64,000 nt of DNA from the human T2T-CHM13v2.0 reference genome, Homo sapiens, in NCBI RefSeq assembly GCF_009914755.1, contig NC_060936.1. One strand, written 5' to 3'. The stretch's first letter is position 1; every line of letters starts with the position of its first letter. Below the pieces are notes generated by a model, which made no database searches, was not told where the DNA came from, and worked only from the letters and a program-made list of their open reading frames with translations. The translations under genes and the position numbers were made by a program. Of the stretch, positions 29,410 through 45,624 are shown piece after piece.

Positions 29410-31354
29410 TAATCTTTGATCTAATACTGTTAGTGGGGTATTGAAGTCTCCCACTGTTATTGTGTGGGAGTCTAAGTCTCTCTGAAGGTCTCTAAGAACT
29501 TGCTTCCTGAATCCGGGTGCTCCTGTGTCAGGTGCATATATATCTAGGATAGTTAGCTCTTCTTGTTGCATTGAACCCCTTACTATTTAGTAATGCTCTT
29601 CTTTTTCTTTTTTTTTTTTAATCTTTGTTGGTTTAAAGTCTATTTTTTCTGAAATTAGGATGTAATCCTGCTTTTTTCTGTTTGCTTCGTAGATTTTTCT
29701 TTATTTATTTTGAGTCTGTGGGTGTCATTGCATACGAAATGGGCCTCTTGAAGATAGCACACTGGTGGGTCTTGGTTCTTTATCTAGCTTGTTGCTTGGT
29801 GCCTTTTAATAGGGGTATTTAGCCCATTTACATTCAAGGTTTGTACTGATATGTGTGGATCTGAACCTGTCATCATGATGTTAGCTGGTTATTATGCAGA
29901 CTTGTTTGTGTGGTTGCTTTATAGTGTCACTAGTGTGTTTACTTAAATGCGTTTTTGAAGTGGCTGGTAATGGTCTTTCCTTTCCATATTTAGTGCTTCC
30001 TTAAGGAGCTCTTGTAAGGCAGGTTTGATAGTAATGAATTTCCTCAGCATTTGCTGGTGTGAAAAGGATCTGATTTTTCCCTCACTTATGAAGGTTATTT
30101 TGTCCAGATATGAAATTCTGGCTTGGAATTTCTTTAAGAATGTTGATTATTGGTGCCCAATCTCTTCTGGCTTGTAGGGTTTCTGCTGAGAGGTCCGCTG
30201 TTAGTCTGATGGACTTGCCTTTGTAGGTGACCTTACCTTACCCTCTAGCTGCCTTTAACATTTTTTTCTTTCATCTTAACTTTCAAGAACCTTATGATTA
30301 TGTCTTGAGGATGTTCTTCTCATGAAGGATCTCATTGGGGTTCTCTGCATTTCTTGAATTTGCATATTAGTCTCTCTAGCTAGGGTTGGGAAGCTCTCAT
30401 GGATGATATCCTGAAATACGTTTTCAGTTGCTTACGCTCTCCCCATCTCTTTCAGGGATACCAGTCATTCATAGATTTGGTCTCTTTATATAATACCACA
30501 TTTCTTGGAGGTTTTGTTTATTCCTTTATACTCTCTTTTCTCTATTATTGTCTGACTTCCTTATTTCAAAACGTCAGTCTTCAAGCTCTGAGACACTATC
30601 CTCACCTTGGTCTATTCTGCTGTTAATACTTGTGACTGCATTATGAAATTCTTATAGTGTGTTTTTCAGCTCTGTCAGGTTGATTACATGTTTTTTCTTT
30701 GCTGGCTATTTTGTCTGTCAGCTCCTATATTGTTGTACTGTGATTCTTCGCTTCCTTGATTTTGTTTCAGCATACTCCTGCATCTCAACGATCTGCATTC
30801 CTATCCATATTCTGCCTTCTGTTTCTGTCATTTCTGCCATCTCAACCCGGTTCAGAACCCTTGCTGGAGTGGTGGTGCAGTCATTTTGAGGAAAGAAGGC
30901 ACTCTGGCTTTTTGAGTTGTCAAGAGTTCTTGGATTGGTTCTTTCTTATCTTTCTGGGGTAATGTTTGTTCAATCTTTGAACTTGCTGACCTTTGGATAG
31001 TTTTTTTTTTCTTCTTCTTCTTTTACACTATTTGATGACCTTCAGTGTTTGATTGTGGTATAAGGTGGATTCAGCCAACTGACTGTTTCTGGAAGACTTT
31101 AGGGGGCCAACACTCAGCTCTGATCTTCTAGACTGTGTGCTCTAACTTTGGGGGACTTATATTGGGCAATGACTTTGTTCTCTGGCTCCTCTGAGGTTAG
31201 GAGTCCACTGTGCTGGTGGGGCCGAAGTGCTCCACGATCACTGGTCACTACACTCTAATGGGTGGTGTCTGCCAAAGTGCTTCATAGTGTGGCGGCAGCA
31301 GGATCCGTCCTCATTTGCACATGCCAGCAACAGCAGCAGCGCAGCAGAGTGCAC

Positions 31355-31954
31355 GCTGGACAACTGTGACAGGGTGCTAGCAGGTGCCAGGGTGCCTGCC
31401 CCCATGTAGGCATTCACCGCAGTGGCAGAGGCAGCTCAGCTGGACGACTGTGACAGGGTGCTAGCAGGTACCAGGGTGCCCGCCCCCATGTAGGCATTCA
31501 CTGCAGTGGCAGAGGCAGCTCAGCTGGACGACTGTGACAGGGTGCTAGCAGGTGCCAGGGTGCCCGCCCCCATGTAGGCATTCACTGCAGTGGCAGAGGC
31601 AGCTCAGCTGGACGACTGTGACAGGGTGCTAGCAGGTGCCAGGGTGCCCGCCCCCATGTAGGCATTCACTGCAGTGGCAGAGGCAGCTTAGCTGGACAAC
31701 TGTGACAGGGTGCTAGCAGGTGCCAGGGTGCCCGCCCCCATGTAGGCATTCACTGCAGTGGCAGAGGCAGCTCAGCTGGACAACTGTGACAGGGTGCTAG
31801 CAGGTGCCCGGGTGCCCGCCCCCATGTAGGCATTCACTGCAGTGGCAGAGGCAGCTCAGCTGGACAACTGTGACAGGGTGCTAGCAGGTGCCAGGGGGTG
31901 CCAGGGTGCCTGCCCCCATGTAGGCATTCACTGCAGTGACAGAGGCAGCTCAGC
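31355..31954. repeat. 84-bp minisatellite, 7 copies, in L1 5'UTR
   Basis: Units start at 31355, 31439, 31523, 31607, 31691, 31775, 31859; last copy has a 10-bp internal duplication. Confidence 0.97.
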
Positions 31955-33065
31955 CTGGGGGGCCAGAGAGCCCTTGCTGGTGACTGTGCATGTGATATCA
32001 CTGGTGGTTGTGTTAATACGGATGTGGGTTACTGGTGGGGACAGGTCTCTGTGTGCCCCAGGCAGGGGTGGTTGCTCAGGGTTGGGGAGGGTCTGCTGTC
32101 CTCTGTGCCTGGTTTCACTCCTGTGGCAGTGTTGGCACAAGGGCAGGGCTGGCTGGTTCTGTGCTCACCAAGGCTCCAACTGCAGTGACGGTCCAGCAGA
32201 AGGGGAACAGGTGGTAGGGTGCACACACACATGCACACTGGCAGGGCAAGGAAAGCAAAATCTGTCCACGTACACATGTGCTGGCAAAGAGATGTGGAGG
32301 CTTGCTGTAGGCCTGGGGGAAGCTGCAATGTGTGGAGAAAGCAGGCAGGCCTGGTGCGTGGCCAGTGTGTGACCGTGGGGGCCAGCCTGCTTGAGTTCTC
32401 TGCCAGTCAGGCATAGTTCCCCAGCACAGGAGCTATAATGACAGCCTCCGGGGTACCCAAGGCTATCCTGCAAGCAGGCACAGCTAGGCTGTGGTCCCTA
32501 GAGAGTCCAGCAGACCAAGAGGTGCTCAGGTTGGACCAGCCCCATCTGATGGGCAAGACCTCCAGAGTTCAGGTCTTGCAGAGGTTAGGTCCAGTTGTTC
32601 CCCTGGGGCTAAAGTCTCCTATGGGAGCAAGTCAAGCCTAGGGAGATGGGCTTCCCTAGCCATGCTCCACTACAGACTCTACCACACCAAACCCTCTGGG
32701 TTCCACCTCAGCTGACGCGCTGCCCTTGCTTCTCTAAGCAGCTCTCCCTGCCAAATCGGTGTCTGTGGTAGATGAGGGGTCATCTTCTGCTGGAATTCCA
32801 GAGGCCCGTAGCAAGAACAGATTACTCTTCGTGAGTACAACTCGCTCATTCCCTCAGGGTCGTTGGGGGCTAGGAACGAGTCCCTGTGTGCAGTAGCCCG
32901 GTGCAGCGTTCCCAGCATCCTCCCCTTTCAGCCTGCTTCTGTGTGTTCCCTCCATCCACTCTCACTGCCTTCCCTCTGAAGGTCTGTTGTGCCAGTCAGC
33001 TCGGTTTCTCGCTGGCAGCTGTTCCACCTGGCTGCTTTTAGTAGGCTTTAGTGCCCTTCCCCTCT

Positions 33066-33192
33066 TTTTTAATATAGAGACAGAGTCTCTCCATATTGCC
33101 GAGGCTCGTTTCCAATTCCTGGGCTCAAGCAGTCCTCCTCCCTTGGCCTCCCAAAGTGCTGAGATTACAGGCATGAGCCACTGTGTCCAGCC
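33066..33192 (-). mobile_element. FLAM_C / AluJ left monomer
   Basis: cctgggctcaagcagtcctcctcccttggcctcccaaagtgc; monomer only. Confidence 0.88.
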
Positions 33193-33287
33193 TAGTACTC
33201 TCTTTTAAGGATGTGTTTTCCAGTTCTTGTTATTTTCATTCTAAGGGGTGCATTGCCAGTATATTCTACCTTCTTCCAAAGGAATAA

Positions 33288-34093
<806 letters not shown>

Positions 34094-34417
34094 GAAACTT
34101 GAAGCTTTGGGATCAGCCTGGAATATTTTTCATAAATTCTGTTGACAGTTTCTTGCTGAATCACTTTGAATGGATATTCAAAACTTCGTTTGAACTTAAG
34201 AAAAATAAGAATTTCTTTTTGTATTTCACTGAATGGTAAACAGTTTCTACTCTCTTCTGGGAATTCATAGATGAAAGGGGATGGTTTTTACCTGTCCAAA
34301 TCTATGGAGAAATACACAAAACAGGAGATTATATTAATAATATACTATAATAATATAAAGGAAGTATGAACAGCTTTCAGTGGGAGCTTGTAGAGAGAGT
34401 TTTTCCTGAAAAAGTCA

Positions 34418-34809
<392 letters not shown>

Positions 34810-36126
34810 CTAAGTGCTGAATTTAAGTGTAGAACCTAGACTCAATCTGAGAGGACATCATCCCATGTCTGCCTGGTATTGTACAGACCCTCCTAGTCTT
34901 TTAGCTAGCTCTTAAAGGATAAATCAGAGAAGAGAGCGTTGCGCGTATTCTTAGTTGATAAAATAGCAGATGAAAAGTCACAGAGGTATGAAATATTAAT
35001 ATTAATGTGTATTTGAGGAACTATAAGAAATTTAGTATTGCTAGAGCAAAGAATGTTTGAGGAGAATTTTGAGGAAAAGGCTAGAAGGGCTTTCTATGCC
35101 ATGCCACTAATTTAAATTGCTATTCTATAGCAAGGAAGTGATGTGATCCAATCCATATTTCAGGAAGATCGTGCTGACCCTGTAATCCATTACATGAATG
35201 CAGACAGTAACACTCTCAAAATTTATTAAACACACTTAATGAAATAAATACCAGTATCTATGTTATCTGCCTTTTTTGCCTGTCACTCATGCGGTCCTCA
35301 CAACTCCTTCCAGCCCTTAAACTAATCAGTCCGGGCATTAGAGAGCTTTGAAATGTTTATTAAGAAAACAGTCCTGTTTTGACAGACAGGAGTTAGAGCA
35401 CCTGGACTTAAAGCAGGCTTTACAGCTCTACTGGGGATCTCTCATGTAGGCAACATGAGGCCAGCAGAGCCCTGTGCAAACAGGCATCATAAGCAAATGA
35501 CCATTTCTTTTCCATTATAGACTTCATCCTTCAAAAGGGAGTGCCATTCGTCCCAACTAGTATTTTCCCCCCTTTTATCTGTGTCACTAATGCTAAATTA
35601 GTTCATGGGTCATTCAAATTCTAGCAGCTTTGGTGTTAGTCTTTATATTTCAGTTCCAGTGCTCCGCTGATTATTTTGGCATGAAACTATCCCATACAGT
35701 CATCATGCTGCTTTTAATTCAAAAGATTCCTATGAGCTGCACCAGGAATATCGTATCTAGTACAAAAACTGTATGTCTGTTCTTCCCTGAAGCAGATTCT
35801 CTTGTAACTTGAGTTTAGTTATCTTAGTATTGATATTGAGTTATTTTTAGAGAGTTCTGTGGTGGTTAGTGGCTCGGTGTTTTCATCAGTCGTTCACTTA
35901 ACTATCCTTTCGGAACATCTGTGCCACTTACGCTGTCTCACTTCTCACCCAAGTCTTAGATGCTTTTTCATTCTTCATATTACTAGGAAAGATTAAACAC
36001 ATCATATAATGCCAGTGACTGCAGGACTTTCCTTTAAAGCTTCTAAACTACCTGCCAGTATGCTGAAATAAGGTATATTCTGAAGCTTATCGTTTAAATT
36101 GTAGATTTCATATGTAAAAACATTTT

Positions 36127-36413
<287 letters not shown>

Positions 36414-36954
36414 TGTAAAAACATTTTCATCTTTGTTTATAAATAAAACATCTGATTATACAACAATACTTTTATGGGACTCAAAGAGGGGAGTCAGGGT
36501 TGGGGTGGGGTCTGTCATTTATTTACTTATTTTTAAAAGATACCTGGCCTGGTTCTGTGGCGGTGGCTTTTCTTCGCTAATCATGAGCTGTACTTTGAGT
36601 ATGCAGTAGATTCCGTCAGCATCTCAGTGGGAGAAAGGGGGGAAAGAGGGGTTTTAACACAGTGTTCTCTTTGCATTGAGTGAAGAAGCTGTTGATCTCT
36701 GAAGGAGGAAAGGAGAGACTGGAACCACATGAAGGCTTGTGCTGTGAAACCCTGAAACCCTGACGGTGCCTTTTGATCACTGTGTTTTAACAAAGCTGAC
36801 AATCCTCAGCCACACAAATCTTGGGAACTAAAATAAGTATTCATTTAACTCTTGACTAAAGGTTAAAAGATACAGTTAAAAAGAAATCTAAAACCCAGAG
36901 TGGTAATTCCACTTTTTCTTTCTCTTTCTGTTGTTGGAACCTGAGCTCTCTAGG

Positions 36955-37180
36955 AAAACTAACATTTGTTAAGGGCCTGCCATGTGCCAGATTCCTGTCT
37001 GTAAGAGAGGTATAATTATTATTTTACACTATCTCAATCTTAATAACAACTCCGTTAAGTTTACACATTTATATTTCCATTTGACAGTTAAAATCAAGGA
37101 AGTTCAGGAAGCTGCTTGTCTAGGGTCATACAACTAGTAAGCGGCACTGTCCAGCTCCAGAACACATGCTTTTTCTTGTG
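36955..37180 (-). mobile_element. MIR
   Basis: taacatttgttaagggcctgccatgtgccag, aatcttaataacaactcc, cttgtctagggtcatacaactagtaagcggca. Confidence 0.7.
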
Positions 37181-37397
37181 TATTTTAGTGCTCCTTCAGT
37201 CACTTATATGATTTACTTATTTGTTATTCTTTTATAAATTTAAGCAGTAGTACAAAGTAGAAAGAATAAAGAAAAAAACAGCCCCCAAGTCAATTGCCTA
37301 GAAAATAATCATTATTTGTAGTAGGTAAGCAGGATTCCTGTCATATTCCTATGCACATATAGAAAAAAATTAACATATAACATGCCATTTTAAATAA

Positions 37398-37767
<370 letters not shown>

Positions 37768-38945
37768 AGAATATTTCTTTACTATAAAGGAGAATTCCTA
37801 AGCCATCCTTCCAAGTTTAAGAAAAGAGATAGAGATTGGGGTTATGTTTTACAACAGCATCTTTTATTTTTATTTTAATCAGTATTAATTCATGCCATGC
37901 TCTAAAAGATGAAGAAATTATCACTTCTTCTCACCAGTTTTTAATGATATAGTTTTATATCAGCTTTACCAAGGTTTATAATATTTACATCTTATTTTAT
38001 AACTCCCAGGCTACTTAGTCTGGGAGTTAAATTCAGCACTTAACACCTTTTGCCACATTTTCCCTATCCCTGAATTTTTTGCTGTATCGTTTTGCTTATT
38101 TAATTTTATCTTCACTTGACTATTTCAGGAAAGACTGATGCTGAATTCTGGTTTTCTTGTTTTATGTTTGCATGCTTGATAGTGTTTATTTGCCATTCTA
38201 CTTGAAGTATTACTTAGCTAGTTATGAAATTCTTAGGTGTGTTCTTCTAATGCAGAGTGGATGAATGTTCCCGGATGCTCTCTTCCTGCCATCACTGCAT
38301 CTGATGTTGCCCCTCTGAGTTAGAACAGAAGGGCCAGGAATTGACTTCAGCCTGCTTTTCTATAACCTGGGAAATGTGAGGAGCTAGGACTATTCTCAGC
38401 TGGATCTCCACTGTCTTTGTGGAAGGCCTGGACTCAAGTTTTTGTTGTTTGTTTGTTTGTTTGTTTTTCCTGAAATTTTGATAAATATCCTGTATTCATC
38501 CTGGTAAGCATGAGAAGGTTCAGATCGTCTGTGAAATTCTTTAGAGATTGCTAGAAAACAGCATATCCTAGTAATTTTTCTTGCCTTTATGAGGTTGCCA
38601 TAGTTAAATGTTTTGTCCTGACTCATCTCTTAAACCACCAGTCCACCCTTTTCCATCTGTTTTTCTCCACATTTGGGGATATTACTGGGAATTCTCACAG
38701 TTTTATCACCTCACTTCTGAATTGCTTCTGGGCTTAGAATAGGGTAAAGAGCAACACTATTTTTCACCAAAATTTTTGTTGATTTTATTACCTGCAGCCC
38801 AACACAAAAATACTGACAAACCTTTCATTTCTAGGAGAACAACTGATTGACCCTAATAGAAAAAATAGACTCTATCAGTCAGGTATTCCAGTGTATAGGA
38901 AACAGCGTGTTGTGACATTTGTTTATTTAAGAGATGATGGTTTTC

Positions 38946-39262
<317 letters not shown>

Positions 39263-39554
39263 AGAGATGATGGTTTTCAGGTTTTTTGGGTTTTGTTTGT
39301 TTTGATCCTTTGAGGATGGTATGTTGTAGTCCAGAGAAGGTATTTAGAATTGTGACAAGGTAATAAAATTGAGACAAACACGATTATTTATCTTTGTCGA
39401 GAGTCACTCCTGGCAATTTTCACATGGACCTTCGTTGAAATGCATCATTGAAATACTAGCGTACATTTTAGGTATTTTACTGTTTCACGGTATGCTTATT
39501 AGTCAGTGTAAAATGCATCCTAATCAAAATTAACTACTTTGAAAAGGGAAGTTG

Positions 39555-39587
39555 ATCGCTTCTTGGCCATTTGGCTAAGATCAACTG
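39555..39587 (+). pseudogene. 3'-truncated (tailless) U2 snRNA retrocopy
   Basis: atcgcttcttggccatttggctaagatcaactg vs U2 nt 1-33 (3 mismatches); TSD tgaaaagggaagt(t/a)g at 39540-39554 and 39586-39600. Confidence 0.93.
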
Positions 39588-39639
39588 AAAAGGGAAGTAG
39601 AGATAATATGGTACAGCAATTTATTTTTAAAACAATTAG

Positions 39640-39820
39640 TTTTTTTAAATTGACAAATAAAAATTGTGTATGTCCATCATGTACAACATGATGTTTTGAA
39701 ATATGTATATTTTGTGGAATTGTTAAATCAAGCTAATTAACATATCATTATCTCACATGCTTGTCATTTTTCATGGTGATAACACTTAAAATCTATACTC
39801 AGCAATTTTCAAGATGTAGT
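39640..39820 (-). mobile_element. L1MA 3' end fragment
   Basis: attgacaaataaaaattgt..gtacaacatgatgttttgaaatatgtata..aaatcaagctaattaacata. Confidence 0.85.
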
Positions 39821-39999
39821 AATTTCTATATAGAGAAAATCTGTAGAACTCAGGATTGTCTATTTTGAAGGTTCTTAAGATGTATTTCCAAGAAAATACA
39901 GTATAAATTTTGTGATTGATACCACTTTTCATGCTAGCCACATAAATTGTCCTTTTTGCTCCCAGGTTAAGAATTCAAGGCTTACAAAAATGAACACAA

Positions 40000-40301
40000 G
40001 GCTGGGCACAGTTGCTCAAGCCTGTAATCCCAGCACTTGGGAGACCGAGACGGGCAGATCACCTGAGGTCAGGAGTTTAAGACCAGCCTGGCCAACATGG
40101 TGCAACCCCGTCTCTACTAAAAATACAAAAATTAGCCAGGGGTGGTGGCGCATGCCTATAGTCCCAGCTACTCAGGAGGCTGAAGCATGAGAATTGCTTG
40201 AAGCCGGGAGGCAGAGGTTGCAGTGAGCAGAGATGGCGCCACTGCACTCCAATCTGGTCAACAGAGTTAGACTCGGTCTCAAGAAAAAAAAAATTATAAT
40301 T
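40000..40301 (+). mobile_element. AluS
   Basis: Full Alu; TSD aaaatgaacaca. Confidence 0.95.
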
Positions 40302-40674
40302 GAAAATGAACACAGGTTTCTTGTATGTCTCTCCACTTAGTTGATTCTCTAGAGTGTGGTACATTTTACAATGTGTTGTCTGCAGTGTTTATTTACATTG
40401 TCTGGCATGCTACAAAGGTTGGTAGCATTTGCTAATAAGGAACCACTATGTGACCAGTGTAAATGATCTACCAGTGCCTCTTCCTGGTTTCGATTTCTTT
40501 CCTAGCAAAATACGGGTATAAGAAGTGAACCAGACGTCTTTAAGAAAGAGTATGTCTGCTACTCTTGTTTCCAAAAGTGTTTATATTTATTCATTAAAGA
40601 ACTTTTGTTACTGAATTCTTTTTAGGAAACTTAGTGAACCATACACTGCCTGTATGGCCAATGATGAAGAATCA

Positions 40675-41043
<369 letters not shown>

Positions 41044-41679
41044 TCAGGACTTACAAAGACCTGTGTCTCTTAAAATACACGGGTCACCGGAATGTAGGTT
41101 TTTTGGTAAGTGCTGAGCATTCCTATATTCATTTCCTTCCTCTGTTTTATGATTCACTGGAAAGCTTCAAGCCTTGAAATATTTCTGATTTGATTTTTGC
41201 AATATACTTTTTCTTCCCATTGCCATGCTTGTATTTCTGCACACCTCATGTGCTTATACAGTCCAATCATTTTGATGACTTGGGGAGGTGTGAAGAGGCT
41301 GAGCTAGACTTCATATTTTCTCCTGTCCCGTGTTCTTATTGTAAAGGAATGTAGTAATGCACTGTGTCTTTTTTGTGTCTGTTGTTGGCTACATGTCCTC
41401 AAAACATATTCAACAAGTAGACGTCTATTGAAAAGAAATTTTCCTAAGTTGTCCCCAAGAAAACGACGACACTGGAGTCAGTTCCGTGTTTATAACAGAG
41501 TCCCAACACTTGTTTTTCTCCAGGGTTTCTACAAGAAGAAGCATAAAACAGTGTTAGTATGTGACTGACCTTTGGCTTCAAGGCTTCAGTAAATCCGTAA
41601 AGTGAGATTGATTAGGATTAATAGCTTTTTGTCCTAGCTAAAAAGTGTTCGAGATCTTGGCTTAAAAAGAGTTCTTTTT

Positions 41680-42080
<401 letters not shown>

Positions 42081-42992
42081 TTAAAAAACTTTTAGGAGTT
42101 CATCAAACACATAACCTTTACAACTGGTTAGACTTCCAGCTTTCCTAAACAAGAGTATGGCACTCTTGCCAGTGTTGGTTTAAAGTACATGTAATTTACA
42201 TAAAATAGCACTGACTGCAGCCTAGGTCTCTAAGCAGAGAATGCTCTGACAACTTTGTCTCCAGGTCCACTCTACTGTTCCTTATTGAGGAGGGAAACCA
42301 GGTTCACAGTGTTGTGCTTTCTTCTTTTGGCACCAAAAGGGGCTCCTCCTGGTTTATGAGTTTTAAAGGATGAGGGAAAAATTCATCATGGGGGATGTTA
42401 TTTTCCTCAGTGGGTAAGTGAAGTCAGGGAAAAACAGAAAACAATGGAGATAAGAGGATGGGATGCGTTCAGTTTATTCTGTTGTTCTCACCACAGTAAT
42501 TGACTCAGAAGGGACTCATTCTGAATTTAGTATCTAGTGTTAAAAGAACAGGCCTGGGGCAGGCGGAGGCCAGCACTGAGACACAGTGGTGGGTTGAGAC
42601 CTATTGTATTTTTTAAGTTGTTCCAAGGCTGTCCAGGTGTCCTGATTTAAAGCCTGCTTCTTAAGTCAGGAAATTGTATCTTGTTCTGAGGTTTACTGTA
42701 ATAAAGTACACAGTCCTAGGGGATGGTACTTCTGGCTCCATGAATCACTTTACAGGCTGGCTGTACTGACCCAAGCCTCATGATTTATTTATGCCATACC
42801 ACAGTAGGAATGGCAAATATGTAAGCCACACATGGTCTATGGGATGGGCCTTTAACTGGGAAACTGCCATAAATCCATGAAGTCAGGTAGGACAGAGCCA
42901 GCAGGAGCTCATGTCGTGTACAAGATTTCTTCCTGTTTTATAGGGACTTACAGTTCTAGAGCTAATTAAGTTCATCCTCCTTAGAGTGTATC

Positions 42993-43448
42993 TGTCTTAG
43001 TCTGTTGTGTGTTGTTATAAAAGAATATCTGCGCCTGGATAATTTATAATGTAACAAGGTTTATTTAGCTCATGGTTCTGTGGGCTAAGAAGTTCAAGGG
43101 CATGGCCCTGGCTTCTGGCAAGGGCTTTCATGCTGCGTCACAAAACAGCAGAGAAGGTCAAAGGGGAAGGGGACACATGCAAACAGGAGAACCTGAGGGT
43201 CCATCCTGGCTTTATCACAACCCACTCTCCTGGGAACTAATCTGTTCCCTGCAATACCTAATGCAGTCTTGTCAGAGTGGGAACTCACTCACTACCACAA
43301 GATCAGCACCAAGCCATTCCTGAAGGATTCATGCCCCTGTGACCTGAACACCTCCCATCAGGCCCCACCTCCCAACACCATCATACTGGGAATCAAATTT
43401 CAACATGAGTTTTCGTGGGGACAGACAAACCATATCCACACCATAGTG
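42993..43448 (-). mobile_element. MSTB-like MaLR solo LTR
   Basis: tgtcttagtctg..gataatttataa..aggccccacctcccaacac..aaatttcaacatgag..accatag; TSD gtatc/atatc. Confidence 0.88.
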
Positions 43449-43609
43449 ATATCCTTGGACTTTTTGTGTGCTGTGTTTATCCAGTCTTTGATTTACTGCT
43501 TACAAATCTAAAGAATAGCTCTGAAATATAGTCTAGTCCTATTGTCACTGATATTTTCTCTTCGATTTATTTCTATAAAGTGTTGCCCATGTTTTTCAAA
43601 TAATTTCTA

Positions 43610-44200
43610 TGTTTTGAGTAAATACTAAGGAGTGCGATGGCCAGATCTTAAGAGTATGTTTAGTTGTGTACAGAACTGCCAAACTGTCTTCCAAAGTGCT
43701 GTACCATTTTGCGTTCCCACCAGCGGTGAATGAGAATTCCTGTTGCTCAGCATTCTTGCCATCATCTGGTAGTGTGTGTTCTGGATTTTGTCCATTGTGG
43801 TAAGTGTGTAGTGGTATCTCATTGTTCTCATATGCATTTCCTGATTACGTATGATGTGGAGCATCTTTTTGTATGCTTATGTGCCATCTGTATATATTCC
43901 TTGGTGAGGTGTCTGTTAAGGTCTCTGGTGCATTTTCTTCCTTTTATCTTGTTTTATTTTTGTTTTTTATAATATTTTCAATTTTTAATTGATACAACAT
44001 AATTGTACATATTTATGGGGTACATAGTGATGTTTTAATACATGCAGTGTATCATAAGGCCCATTTTTTAATCAGATCATTTATTTTCTTAGTGTTGAAT
44101 TTTAAGTATCTTTTGTATTATTTTGGATAACAGTCCTTTATCAAATGTATCTTTTGCAAGTATTTTCTCCCATTCTGTGTCTTATTTTCTCATTCTCTTA
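43610..44200 (-). mobile_element. L1M fragment with a nested short L1MA 3' piece (~43950-44055)
   Basis: gaactgccaaactgtcttccaaagtg, gtggtatctcattgtt, ttttggataacagtcctttatca. Confidence 0.8.
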
Positions 44201-45176
44201 ATATTTGAATATTTAAACACATATTATTTATAAATTAATGGTACATTATTTATAATAATGGTTAAACGGTTGGTAAGTAAATCACTGCTGAGTATATACT
44301 GCTTTGAAGGGCCCAAGGATCCATTAGGCCTCCAGCTTTAACCCAGCACAGCATTCTGAAATACCCAATTCTCCCCAGAGTTTCACGAGTCACCAGGCCT
44401 TAACCTTCTTATTGCCTCAAGGACTCTTAGAGCTCACCAGGCTCCTTCTACCACAAGCCTTCATCATATCACCCTGTTCCTGTTGCTTAGGGAGCTTTCT
44501 CAGGATAGCATTTCAAGATTGAGTACCCATCCTAGTTTTCTCAGTGTTCCTTGTGAGCCGTGTCACATAGAAGGCATTTAATAAATGTGTGCTGAACTGA
44601 GCTGAACCAGCAAGGGCAAAAGGGATTTAAGAGACTGCCGTTTTAATTGAAAAGGAGTAAAAAGACACTGGGAAAGGCAGCATGTATTGGGGGAATATGA
44701 GAAATTTCCAAATCACTGGACCATCAGGCTGGAAAATTTAGGTTGGAGCCAAACTGCAAATGGTTTGAATGTCATCATGTATAGTTTATGTATTTATATA
44801 TACTTACCTTCCTCATAGAAGGGTGAATTTTTATATTATAATAGCTAGAATGTTCTTAGAATTTATCTTCTTAATTCAGAAAACATCACATTGAGATCTG
44901 TCAGTAAACCCCCCACACACAAATAATTTCTTGTCCTCATTGACCTTCGGTCTGAGCTCTTAATGCAGTTTTCTCTACTACACTTGTCCATGCACATAGT
45001 GGTCGCAGACATTTGAGAGAATGAAAATCATGTGTTTAATGAGAGATTGTTATCGGAGACTGTAGCACTTGTTTTACTTTATTGTTTCTATTGCTTTTTC
45101 TCTTTTTGTTTCTTTCAAAGTACATACAAATACATATTCATTATATCCTATGTAAGGGAATGTGTATTTACTCTAG

Positions 45177-45624
<448 letters not shown>

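Noticed and set aside
31842-32715. Cluster of overlapping ORFs up to 176 aa
   Set aside because: GC-rich L1 5'UTR has few stops; ORFs on both strands with no recognisable domain
39555-39587. Functional U2 snRNA gene
   Set aside because: Only the first ~33 nt are present, with no Sm site, 3' stem-loops or snRNA promoter, and it is flanked by a TSD
41508-41607. Acceptor ttgtttttctccag with a possible 78-nt exon
   Set aside because: Weak donor and stops in all frames; such sites are common by chance
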